Under the pieces are notes generated by a model, which searched no databases, was not told the origin of the DNA, and worked only from the letters and a program-made list of their open reading frames with translations. Both the position numbers and the translations under genes were made by a program. Below, piece by piece: positions 38,364-57,056 of a DNA stretch of 64,000 bases. The stretch is from Perkinsus olseni (lineage: Eukaryota), in assembly GCA_013115125.1 (NCBI GenBank), contig JABANN010000022.1, positions 1 to 64,000 of the forward strand, read 5' to 3'. Within the stretch, counting starts at the first letter, position 1; every line of letters starts with the position of its first letter.

Positions 38364-39578
38364 ATGTCGGCCACGGCACCGGAAAGTGGTGACCCATCGG
38401 CCATTCTCTGGCCCCCTCCACCACCTTACTATAAGCTGTTCCAACCCGGGAAGGAGGACCAGTGGCCGGAGCCCCCTAGCCCTGATGAGATCAGCAAGCT
38501 CACCAACGACAAAGGGATGTACATGATGCTGGGTAGTAGGGGACCGTCCGTGACCTCACGGGCCAGTCGGCGTTCCCTCAGCTACGTCTCCCTCAGGTCG
38601 AGTGATGGAGGACTGCCGGAACCCAGCAGTGAAGATCACCGTACCGGAGATAGACAGCGATCTTCTGAGGTCAGCTTCATTGGGAGACCGGACCTGAGCT
38701 CACGACGTTCTCAGGTACGACCCTTCTTCGACGAGTCTCAAGCGAGAGATGGGCAAGCTGGTGGAGGAGCTACCCGATGGCGTTGGACATGTTGTTGGTA
38801 GTATGTCTACTGACCCCGCTACTGCCAGGTGGGTACTAGGGTACCTCTCGAGGCAGCAAGGCCGATTCTGTCGATCCGAGCTTCAGTCGTTGAGGAGGGT
38901 GCGGAGATGTTGGGATATTTATGGGTGGCTTGTTGTCAGGGACGGCCTACGACAGTTCGAGACGTTGGTCAAGAGTCTGTATCACGGTTTAGAGATCTTG
39001 CGGGGACATGAGGCCAAGAGACTGGCACTCCAGTTGGCTCGGGAGCAAGTGGAGGATCTTAGGTGGGTGCCTGCCTACCATGCGCTCGACTACCCCGCCT
39101 AGCATTTTGATCTTGTGATTATCTATCCCCACCATCGTCAGCCGACCGGAACAGTCTCCGTCCTCGGTTCGTGACAGTGCCAATTCCAACTGATGCGGTG
39201 CTTCTGAGTACCCTGTGAGCTGCCGAATACGCACAAAATATGATCTTGGCCCTTCCCCGCTATATCGATCAATTGCCACCGACTAAGGACCCTGGTGGGC
39301 TGACCCGTGCTGCCAAATGCATGTTTCGGGGCTACGTATGAGGTTTCAATCAGCTGAGTGTCGATCGAGATAGGGAACGGGTGAGACGGGCATTGCACCT
39401 GGGAGACTTCGTGGTCAGGTCGACGCTGGAGGACATAAGAGCTGCGACCGCGCAGGGTAGGGAAGCCCTGGGTCCGGTCAAGGACGAGCCACAGCCAATT
39501 GACGAAATCGTGTCTGTGAAAACAGAAGTTGCTCCCAGTGTTGGGGATCCAAGCCCTAAACGGAGGAAGCGACGGTGA
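38364..39578 (+). CDS. MED7: Mediator of RNA polymerase II transcription subunit 7, multi-exon
   Basis: N-terminal WPPPPPYYKLF and P.PP....Y.MLG. LYHGLEILRGHEAKRLALQLAREQ matches the Med7 HH.LN..RPHQAR..L...M..Q helix. Basic NLS-like C-terminus PKRRKRR*. Confidence 0.85.
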
Positions 39579-39650
39579 TTACTTTCTACCAGCCATCCTG
39601 ATGTGTTGGAGCTTGGAGTTGTTGTCAATACAGGAAGCCCTGGGGCCAGC

Positions 39651-41458
39651 ATGCCCTCCGTAGATCCGCGGGACTGTACGTCAGGTAAAAGTACAGAATG
39701 CTGAAGTTATCATCAGTACTACCCTCGAGCTGGCGCGACACCGTCACCTGGGCTGTGTGCACTCGTTGCTGGAGAGTTGAACCACCCGGGGTGGTTTATG
39801 AGAAAGCCATTTGAGTAGTGGTGGCGATGATCTATCCTCTAAGTCGATGCAATACTCCCTGAGTCGGCTCGGTTGTCGATCTTTTCCATGCCCGCCGCCA
39901 ACAGTCTTTGCAGAGGACGCAACACCGATGTAATGGACAGAACGCGCCAAGGCCAGGGTAGTCGTCCTATGACCACGAGTCTTTGGGTTCTCGTTGAATC
40001 AGGCGACTGCAACTCTAAGAATCGGAACGGTGGACTGGGTGCTCCCGAGGCCTTGGCCGCAATGAGGCTGCTTGTGGTACCGCAAGAGGACTCGTCAGAA
40101 GCTGCCGAGACTGACGGTGGGGCTCCGGGCGTCTCGAGTTGTGCAGTCGATTATCTCCTACCAGGCCTCACGCCCAATATAGTGTCATCACGACGGTCGG
40201 CAGATCAGCTGAGGGATATGAGAAGACGGATAAGATCAGTGAAGGACAGGCTCCACCAACTATCCTCAGGTGGGACACGACCATTCATCTGCGGTCCAGC
40301 CCCTTGGGAAGTCACCGCCTATGCCGCTCACTCGGGTGGTGGCTAGACGAGGAGGAGGACTTGAAGCTTCGTGAGATTTCAAATACACGGATCCCCTATG
40401 AAAGCGCTGGATCCACGTGGATCTGCATATTTGGACAACTGCGATTCCACAGTCAAATCCCTTCATGTCGTTCTCGCGGGATGAACCAAATGGTAGTTTC
40501 ACCCTCGGTGATTTTAGCGGATAACTTTGAGCCATAGTCGTCTCTAGTGTACTCTGAACATCGTGTCATTGCATCGCACGGCGAAGATCATCGGGGACGA
40601 GAAATATCTTTTTCCCGCTTAACGCCCAGTAGCATAGTGGGAGCTTATTACTGTAGTTCTCACTGCCTCAGGTGATGGGCTCAAACGGTCGGGATATTTT
40701 GCGATGATATCTGCATGTTTCCCTTCCATAGGTAACAGCACGAGTGTCAGTGTTCTGAGCGGCGGCAGTAGTGATCGGCCGGATGATGATTACTCAGCGG
40801 CATCAGGTATATCTTGAGTCCTATTCTCTGTCACAGTGTACTCCCTTCAGAGCAACGGGGTGATGTGTGGCAGTCCCTCGCCTTTACGACGTATCCAAGG
40901 TTGGTGCCTGATCATCACAGTTATAAGCTGCCACCAACAACAGATGGTCCGACTGTTACACGAGGCTCAGCTCCTATGGGTGCCTCCTCAGGCAGCAGTC
41001 AGAGGCTCCAAAGATCTGCGTATGGGGTATCTCGTGACCGTTATGAGAGTACGGCCGCGGTGTTGAAGAAGCAGCTTCGAGAGCACCACCGTGATGAGCT
41101 GATCGCCGAGTTGACCGCTAAGTACGCCTCGTCGCCCGCCGCGGAAAATGGGAACTCTAGACCGATTGTGGCGCCTCCGCGGAAGCCAGCGGAGGTTTAC
41201 AGTGGGGATGAGCGGTCGGTCTCTCATGTCCTCGAGGAGTCCGCGATAGAGGCGCTGGTGCGGTACAGAAGAGAGTTCCTCGATTATGTAACCAAAATAC
41301 GTGATGCTGAACTTGAGCGGAGCGATGCAACTTCATGGTACCTTTGTGACGTCCTCACTGACCAGCTCCTACGGGAGTGCATCGACAGCGTGACGGACTC
41401 TGTCTGTGATGATGTTGACACTTACGTCGATCGATTAATAGAATTCGAGATCAGCTGA
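39651..41458 (+). CDS. Hypothetical multi-exon protein with a Moonraker/KIAA0753-like C-terminal helical domain; start uncertain
   Basis: Long terminal exon ends IEALVRYRREFLDYV...SWYLCDVLTDQLLRECIDSVTDSVCDDVDTYVDRLIEFEIS*. Resemblance judged from memory only. Confidence 0.5.
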
Positions 41459-41933
41459 TCGTTTACTGCCATGAACCATTTCTGTTCGCCCGTCGTTGGG
41501 TTTTCTCAATTCACCACCTGTCGTGCGTCTACGGAATGGATTTTGCGGCGTTAGTACGATGCTAGTAGATGCTACCGCTACGGTCTCAACCTCCCTTCTG
41601 GTCATTCCGTTCTGGCATGAGCGTTGGCAACCCATAAAGCGGCGCGGTGTCAGCTGACTGGTCCTCGTTACAGGCCCTGGCCAACAGGCTGTACGCACTC
41701 AAGGCTCGTAGAAACTTCTCGGGCCTCGTCGTAGGTGATCGCGGAGGAGTGCCGCTCGGCGTACTCAGAGAACTCCTCCTGTACATTCCGTCCCTCCCGG
41801 AGCCACAGTTTTCCCCCTCCATGATGCCTGCTCTGTGACGGACACGATTTAGTCACCGAGTGGCTGTATGCTACCCTTGCACTCAACACGAGGGTGGCAC
41901 TTAACGAAGGAAAGACAAAGTTGATTAGTACTC

Positions 41934-43268
41934 TTACCAGGGGGCATCGTAGGTGATGGTGAGCAAATATGGTCCCTTGTACTCATCCTTGTGGTCGAAT
42001 ATGAAGTCCCCGACCTGGTCGACGAAGTACTGCATAAAGGAGTCCGGCAGTATGTCGGGATGGTCCAGTCCATAGACGGCCATCAGGATCAGTAGCTGCA
42101 CCCAACGGTCGATACCACCGCGGACGTAGGCTTCCCGGCACATGGCAAGCGTGTAGGAAGAATGATCAACACCTTGCTTCTCGACCTCATCCCAGTACGC
42201 ACGAAGGAGCTCGTCCTCCCATTTACGGCGGTCATCTGTCTTCACGTTGGAGATGCAGAACTGCGCGATATCGGCCGGCCCTTCCCCAACTGATACATCG
42301 GACCAGTCCACCGTATACAGCCTCTTGGCCTCGGCGTCCCACAGCTGATTGCCTGCATGATAGTCACCGTGGACCAGCGTCAGGGGATGCTTGCGCTCCC
42401 TCAATGCCTTCTGGTAGGCCTCCCACGTGGAGTTCTCGACAGCTTCGTCGATGAAGGCCACGAGCTCTCTACTCCACTTGCAATCGTACTTGCGCTCCCC
42501 AGCCTTGCCAGTAGTGATAGCCTCTTTAACCTTCCGCCACATGTCGGCTATGACACCCTTGTAGTATTTGAACATCGCTTCGTGTTGGCCTTGGACGTAG
42601 TCCCAGCCCTTCAACCAGGAGTACTGTCCCAACGGGCTCTGGCGCAGGGTTGAGGGCGTAGCTCCCCAATACTTGGCGTGGAATCTGGCCGCCACCACCA
42701 TGGCCTCTTCTACCAACTTCTGAGGGTTCTGGTCCGTCTTCAATGCCTCGGTCAATGACCCACCACCAATATTCTGCATGATGATAACTTCGCTCCCCCT
42801 GGCTCTGTTCCACTGGGACAAGTAAACGTTGGGGATCGGCACTGGTAAGGTCTCTGCAATCTCAGCGTAGAATCGGCCCTCGCGTTCACTGGTCCCAAAC
42901 ATACCGGCAAACATACGGGCCTTGAAAACCTGTGGGACGCTCTTAACCACCACACTATCATGCTGTTCGTCCTCGCCGATGGGCTCAATCTTCACTTTCC
43001 TGACGGATCCAACGTAGCCACCAGAGAGGGCGGCATCGTCCGCTGCAGGTTTCATCCCACAGGAGCGCAGAGCCTCATTCACGGGCTCGGTGGCCGGCCT
43101 CAGGAGAATCTTCCGCTCGAGTTTGATACGGAGTAAGTCGAGTTGAATGACGAGCCAGTACTTGATGTAGACCAGCTTCACGTAGAGATCCGACGAGGAA
43201 GCCGCTTCCACGACGGCTCCCAACCATCCGCACAGCTTCGAAAGAATCGAGTCGAATAGGCTGAACAT
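41934..43268 (-). CDS. Aminoglycoside-phosphotransferase / ecdysteroid-kinase-like (APH/EcKL) small-molecule kinase, intronless, 444 aa
   Basis: Motifs SVVVK, REGRFY.E, PIPNVY, Brenner-type TLVHGDYHAGN and VDWSDVSVGEGPADIAQF. First ATG at 43268. Confidence 0.88.
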   Translation of the reverse strand: MFSLFDSILSKLCGWLGAVVEAASSSDLYVKLVYIKYWLVIQLDLLRIKLERKILLRPATEPVNEALRSCGMKPAADDAALSGGYVGSVRKVKIEPIGEDEQHDSVVVKSVPQVFKARMFAGMFGTSEREGRFYAEIAETLPVPIPNVYLSQWNRARGSEVIIMQNIGGGSLTEALKTDQNPQKLVEEAMVVAARFHAKYWGATPSTLRQSPLGQYSWLKGWDYVQGQHEAMFKYYKGVIADMWRKVKEAITTGKAGERKYDCKWSRELVAFIDEAVENSTWEAYQKALRERKHPLTLVHGDYHAGNQLWDAEAKRLYTVDWSDVSVGEGPADIAQFCISNVKTDDRRKWEDELLRAYWDEVEKQGVDHSSYTLAMCREAYVRGGIDRWVQLLILMAVYGLDHPDILPDSFMQYFVDQVGDFIFDHKDEYKGPYLLTITYDAPW

Positions 43269-44198
43269 GTGCGCGAGCAAAAAACTCACTGATGTGAAAT
43301 GAATCGACCGGGCCACACCCACCCCCTTCCCCAGCTTTCAGCGGGTTGCACGTTCTCCCGCATGCAGCACCTCGAATCCTCGGCTGCTGGCTCTTGGCTG
43401 TTCTCCTTCCACCTCCCTGTCAAACCGACAATGGCTGGACCCTATAAATAGGGGCGCCGAGGCAGCACATGATTATTCTAGAGTCTACATCGACTAGATG
43501 TTGTCATGGGTCTCCCAGTCGTCATGGGTTTTCGAAAGTATTACATCTAGCCCGGCCCCTTACCGCTCATAAGCCCCTGAGATTCGGGCCGTCCAACATG
43601 TCAATTGTAGCCTGCCGAGGATAGCTCATCTGGAGGTATAGACGGATTCACGTACCGTCGATGAAGACGGCCACGTGGGCACATTCGAGCCAAATGTGCA
43701 GCAGTGGGACATCAGCTGTACGGCTAGCTCTAGCATGGTCACCTGTCTCTGCACACGAATGCTTGAATTCGTTCGGCTCTGGCGAGAACACGGCGTGAGG
43801 CGGGCCATCGGGCACTTCAAGTTTTATCCACCCTCCCGAGCTCGGCGTGAGTGAGTGATCACCCTCCCGAGTGAGTTCGTCCTCATTCAAATCGAGCTGG
43901 ACATGTCTACAGTAGTTGCCGTCACCGTAGCGAGGTGTTCGGTCGAACGTGCGTTGTTCATGGGCTTGAGAGTCCGTGGTCGCCAGGGGATTTTCGTTTG
44001 CTCCGGTTCAGGCTTCGGCAGTGCTACGCCCACTCCTCCCCACACTCGAAGGTTTGAGTATCAAGGCTTGGCTCCCGCCTTCGTTCCCACCCTGCGACAC
44101 TTACTAGTCCGAGAGGTCCAGGGTTCAACCCCAGCATCAGCGCATTAGTAAAATCGGTCTAATCTCTCAGTACTACTTTATCTTTCCTACCCGTTCTA

Positions 44199-46728
44199 AT
44201 GTCAATCATCATCACCCTTCTCACGATCTATTTCTCGTGCTTCCTCTTCCTCGGCTGCGACATCGACCAAGGGGCCTCCGATCCAGCAACGGCAGCAGCG
44301 GCCTGGTCCTTCTCTAATGGTTACCTCCCCAATCCCTGCAGTGTCGCCTGTGCTCGTACCATCGGGTGTGAGGAATCATCCTGCACCCCCGTCGGCGAGT
44401 GTGCTGGGCTATATGTTGCTACCGGGCTCGAGCTGTGCTATGGGGATACGGCCGATGACTGTCCGGCTAACGCCGAGCCCCTGCCTTGTACTTCAGGAGG
44501 TGATGTCAGAGACCCCGACGTTATTGAAGAGACTAAGGAGGGAGTGCTGGTAGAGAGCGGACAGTCCGTGGATCAACCCAAGATCAAGGATACAGAGATT
44601 CCCGAGAAGAAGGAAGAGACTGTGGGCGAGGCTGGAAAGGAGGCGGAGGCCAAGCCGAAAAGCGTGGCTCAAGATGAAGAAGCTAAGCCTACTGCGACCT
44701 CTCAGTCTGGGGAGGAGCTTAAGCCCCAAGAAGTAGCCGATCTAGAGGAACAGGCCGAGTGGAGGAGAGGAGGTTCGGAGAAGGCTGATCTCCTCCAGGG
44801 AGAGCCTAGCTCGGAAGAGAAGACGAAGCCCGAAGAGTCCCACCCTGAGGCGAAGCCAGAGTCAGGGGAGACCGAGCCTGAGGCGAAGCCAGAGTCAGGG
44901 GAGACCGAGTCTGGGGTGGAGCCAGAGTCAGTGGAGACCGAGCCTGAGGCGAAGCCAGAGTCAGGGGAGACCGAGCCTGAGGCGAAGCCAGAGTCAGTGG
45001 AGACCGAGCCTGAGGCGAAGCCAGAGTCAGGGGGGACCGAGTCTGGGGTGAAGCCAGAGTTAGTGGAGACCGAGCCTGAGGCGAAGCCAGGGTCAGGGGA
45101 GACCGAGCCTGAGGCGAAGCCAGAGGAGAGAGCCGAGAAGGAGGTTGAAGACCAGGTCGACCCAAAAGAAGTCGAACTCGAGGGAGAGGACGAGCCGACC
45201 AAGCCCAAGGGAGGGGCCGAATCAAAGGAGCCGACCAAGCCCGAGAAAGGGACCGAATCAAGGGAGGAGGCCAATCCTAGCCGGCAGTCAACCAGGTTTG
45301 GAAGAGTAGAGGCTATGTCCAAGGCCGCCACCACCGAGGCGCCCACAAAGGAGTTGCACGCCAGCTGCAGCCCGCCCACGCCTGAGCAGAGCGAAGCCGA
45401 GCCTGGGTACAGAGCGAAGGATCCGGAGTCTGAAGAGGTAGTACCTGGGAAGATCGGATCGGCCGAGGAGGGAGGCTCAACTCAAGAGCAATATAAGATG
45501 CCGGGATCTCAAGAAGAGGAGTCGAGTGAGCATTGGCTAGCTAGATCGCCCGAGTTGGCAGAGGGTAAGGAGCTGCCAGCTGGGAAGCCCTCATCACATC
45601 AGGAGGCTGCGGTAGCCGAGTCTGAGCCTACGGAGGGAGGCTCGGGACAGGCCATGTCGCCCGAGTCCGAAGAGGTCTTCGGCGGAGGAACTTATACTCA
45701 GGAGAAGCCTTCCTGTCCCTATTTGCGTGGTGAGGGATACACAGCACTACCGACCTCCGAGGGAGACAAAGCTGTAGCTACCGTAGCAACCGAAGCGACC
45801 GAGGGCATGGCCCCTGGAGTTACCGAGGCCAAGGCCTGTAAGACTACCGAGGGCAAGGCCAGTAAGACTACAGAGGACAAGGCCACANNNNNNNNNNNNN
45901 NNNNNNNNNNNNNNNNNNNNNNNNNNNNNNNNNNNNNNNNNNNNNNNNNNNNNNNNNNNNNNNNNNNNNNNNNNNNNNNNNNNNGCCTGTAAGACTACCG
46001 AGGGCAAGGCCAGTAAGACTACAGAGGACAAGGCCACTGGAGTTACCGAGGCCAAGGCCAGCGAGCCTACTGAGGGCAAGGCCAGTAAGACTACAAAGGG
46101 CGATGCCAGTGAGCCTACCGAGGGGAAAGTCACTGAATCTTCAGAGGCTGGGGCTACTGAGACAAGCAAGAGCGGGGAGACGGGGATTCTCCGGGAGGTG
46201 GGCGGGACCGGCGGCCCTACATCCGCCAAGGGTTGGAGTACCATTCCAGGAAGTGCATCCGCCAGTCCATCAAGCGAGGAGCTCTTCCTTGAGCACAAAG
46301 GTCTCGCCACTGGTATTAGATCTCACGGCGGGGAGAGGGTTGAGGCTTCTCGCAGACCCCCTGCAGCGGACACGACCACTCTCCCCACTCGCCCTATCAC
46401 TTCTCGACCAGCTAAGGAAGTTCCTTATAAATTCGTCTATGAGCCGCCGGTGTTACACCATGGTGACGAGCCCGCGACCAGCTGGACTGATGAGCAAGTT
46501 GCTACTCATGGAAGAGCGGAGGCTAGTACCGAGAAACCGTCGGATAGCGAGCCTTTCAGGGACCCGGTTTGGTCCGGAACTGGGGAGGAAGGGAGTTTAG
46601 ATTTTGGTTTCTGGTACTTCCGCGGCCACGACCAGCATCATCATGATCGTCATCACGACCAGCACCGTGATCATGGCCATCGACGTCGTCACCGAGATGA
46701 CAGACGCCAGAGATACCACCGACACTAA
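44199..46728 (+). CDS. Secreted Glu/Pro/Thr-rich repeat protein with an N-terminal 8-Cys domain; interrupted by an assembly gap
   Basis: Signal-peptide-like MSIIITLLTIYFSCFLFLGC, then 8 Cys in CSVACARTIGCEESSCTPVGECAGLY...CYG....DC....PLPC. After the N run, the frame ACKTTEGKASKT... reads without stop into ORF 46198-46728. Confidence 0.8.
44844..45125 (+). repeat. Coding minisatellite, 33-bp unit (PEAKPESGETE), 8 full copies plus a partial copy
   Basis: Unit cctgaggcgaagccagagtcaggggagaccgag. Units 3 and 7 carry the SGV(E/K)PE variant. Confidence 0.95.
45820..46130 (+). repeat. Coding minisatellite, about 24-bp unit (TEGKASKT-like), spanning the gap
   Basis: Units such as accgagggcaaggccagtaagact occur on both sides of the N run. 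Confidence 0.85.
45888..45984. other. Assembly gap (97 N)
   Basis: Run of N. Confidence 1.
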
Positions 46729-47144
46729 GTGTGAATTTTTAACTGAGCGGCATCCGCTTCATTTTGTCGGCATCATCCTGCCTGTATGAGTAGCCTCTTT
46801 CCTGTACTCTGTGAATCTACCTCATTGATCGCGCTCGGAGTGTGACTACTTTTTTCAAAGTCCATCTGAGTTGAATTCGCTAGTCCCGAATGGAAATTTG
46901 ATCGATTTAATCTGAAGATAAGATATAAGAGATGATGAAGATTATACCGCTGTGGCTCGCTGCTCCTCCCACTCGGAACTCAACATAATCATGACCAGTG
47001 GGATTGTCGACTAGTGCTACAACGCAATGTAACCGAATAATAATACGTCAGTTCGATCAGGCTTTCTTACTGGACATTGTACCTGGGATTGAAGGGATGG
47101 GAACACAGCAGAAACAATGAAGCCTCACGTGAATAAAATTGGCT

Positions 47145-54227
<7,083 letters not shown>

Positions 54228-54477
54228 TGAGAGAGGAGGCAATTTACAGGTAGTAGCCAACCTAACACCGTATGAAATCCTTTCTTAGGTTAACCACTGC
54301 ACTTCACGACAAGCCACCACAAGCTGGCCTCCTCATAAGATGAAGTGACGGCCAAAACCGCAGTATCATTATCCGACCCTCGAGGGATCTGCTGATAAAC
54401 CACTATAAAACTCAACACCGACGAATGGTAGAGAAGTCACAGCTCCGTTGTAAATGTACCCTTCTATCGGCGATGAA

Positions 54478-56801
54478 CTAAGCCAAGAATAGAACAAAAA
54501 ATATAACAAAACATATAAGTATGGCGAAGATCTTCAGTATCAACGATCGATTGCCCGATATACTGTGGAAGTACCTGCAAAATAGGAACCGTAAGATCCC
54601 AAGTCGCGACGGTCTCCTTTACTAGAGAGGCAACCGATGCTATCATAACCCGGCTCACTTTAGCAGTTGGTTCTGTCCCTCATTGAGATGGCCCATAGTG
54701 TCGTCAACATCTGAATCTATCCGCATAATCATCTCATCTTGTTCGTACACCATCGAGGACACCTTCTGGAACATTTGTCCCAGTTCCCCTAAGGCAGTAT
54801 CGTGACAGGAGATAGCGCTACTCGAGGCGACCCTCCACTAGAAGAATCATTAGTACTCCTCACAAACCGAGCTCCGGAGCTAAGTATCAGTATGTATTAC
54901 CAATGGTTCTTTGTACTGCTTGTACTGCGTTAGCTCGGGCGTTCAAGTATCCAGGGCCCTGCAGCATCTGCTCCTGCTCCTCTCGGCCACCCTCAATGTC
55001 AAAACCACTAGGTGGACCGCCCTTAAAAGACGCTGCGTCGGCCATCTCCGTGCCTTGAAAAGAGCCACACCGTGCTACGGGATGAGCGATTGCGCAGTTG
55101 GTGGGGCCAAATTATGGGAACTAACCACCGGGCAGTTGAGGGGGACGCTCTCACCTCCTCTTTGCTGGAAGGGGTTTGATGATGAAAATGCGTACATGTT
55201 CCTCCTAGCATAGGATACGCTGCAGCTCCTTCGAGATCACTGTTATCATCATTACCTCCTGTCCTGCTGTTGTAGTGTCTTAGTACGGAGTTCTAGCACA
55301 TCCTTAAAGTCCTTAGTGAGCCCCATCAATCTGATGAAAAATGAAGGTCGGTCGGAGAGCTCGTCGGAGATACGCACCTCGTCTGAAGCGTCTTCACTAT
55401 ACCACTAGTGTGGGCCAGAGCCTGCTTACCTGGATACAAAGTGACTGGTCAGCCCGCGCGATCGAACAAGAAGCTATAATAAACTTTCCCATCACCCCTT
55501 GAAACCCCCAGCGAAAGCAAAAACAACACCAAGGATAGGTGTAACCTATTCTGCCCAGAACCCTCGTTGACCACCTCATCACAGTTTTCTAGCATTCTTC
55601 CTAGAATTTCAATAGAGAAAATGGACAAGAGGAGCCTCCATAACACCTCATTACTTTCCGCTGATTTACTCGCGTGCTGCTGTAGCAGTTCTATCTTCTG
55701 GCTCAGGCCATCCAGATCCTGAAGAACGCATGGGACAATGGGGGGACTGCAGTAGTAGTTATGAAACGGTCGATCGATTCGCGGATCTATACGGGTGGTC
55801 CACTACGTAACAACCTACTCGCTTTATATCCGCAGTAAAGTCGTTTATCCGTGCTGATTGATCGTTAAAGATCCCCTTTGACCGCGCAACTACGAAAGAA
55901 TCCTCATTCGCAGCGGAGCGATGCACACTATCCTCACGCCTGCCCAACTCCTGTATCTTCATCTGCGTTTGATGTAGGTCTACGCCTATCTCATTGGCAT
56001 ACTTGTTAAACTGTGCGACTGCGGCTGTCGAGGACGACGAGGCCGCTCCCGACGAACCTAACCCACTATAATCATTGTTGTTACTGACAATGGAAACCAT
56101 TATTGGGCGATGCAAGCGCTGTATATTCATAAATATCCTTGCGGATACTGTTATCACAGTACCGCTGTTACCGCAGCTATCGTTCATAACCTTACCTACT
56201 ACTGCACTCTACCAGTGCAGGGTGCTCCGTGAAGCCGCGGGCGATTTCGGTGACGTGCTAGTCAATAACCAGCAAATATTCAGCGATGAGCTCAATGAGT
56301 CTGCCTGGGAGATACGGGTCCTTGGGGGCCGTTTGGTGCTATGACTACTGTCGCGCGCCACAGAAAGCAACAAAAACCCTGATTCAGCTTCTTCTCTGGT
56401 ATTCTCGCCAACTCCAAGTTCAATACACCCTGTCAAGATCTCCCTCCACACCAGCTGCGCAATCCCCTCACTAGAAGTCATCCAGCTAGCGCCACCTCAC
56501 CCGATTGCAGACAATCACATCATTGTGCGCCCAAATACACTAGACTTGGCTCCGTTCCCCCCTTGATACTACTTCCCGTTTCATGCTCAGCAATTGCCTC
56601 TGCAGCTGTGCCTGAACCTGAAGTGACGAAGAAGCCCTATACAGACCGTTATTCGATCGGCAAATACTCCGACAATAGGACGCCCTATGGTAAACAGCTT
56701 CCTCACCCGCCCTTAACGTTCCCCGAGCAAGCAGTGTACCGCAGCCTACCGTCCATCTCCTTCACAAGTTGATAAAACTGATTAGTCCGATCGAGCGCCA
56801 T
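54478..56801 (-). CDS. STX5: Syntaxin 5 / Sed5 Qa-SNARE, multi-exon
   Basis: N-terminal MALDRTNQF (Sly1-binding DRT..F motif). Habc region FNKYANEIGVDLHQTQMKIQEL...ARSKGIFND. SNARE motif ARANAVQAVQRTIG-ELGQMFQKVSSMVYEQDEMIMRIDSDVDD. C-terminal TM LILKIFAILICFVIFFVLFLA*. Confidence 0.92.
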
Positions 56802-57056
56802 GGACGACGAGGAGGAGGAAGAGGCGGAGGAGCCTGTCCCTCGAGGCGAGGATGTGTAGCCGGTCAACATTGATACAAACCCAACACCTACCCACCTTCC
56901 TCCCATTACTATTGAATAAACAAATTCGCTGTGTCCCTCACTAAAAGGTCATCACCAACATACAGCTCAGTGTCCATAACAGTTTTTTCATAGGAACTAC
57001 GAACGACAGCCCTAGTATGAGGATGTCAACTGCTAGATACTCCCGATGGAGGGACA

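Noticed and set aside
44844-45125. CRISPR-like periodic array
   Set aside because: Head-to-tail units with no unique spacers, in frame within a eukaryotic CDS, and no cas genes.
44702-45379. Minus-strand repeat ORFs (DSGFASGSVS, SPQARSPLTLA)
   Set aside because: Reverse-complement readings of the 33-bp coding minisatellite.
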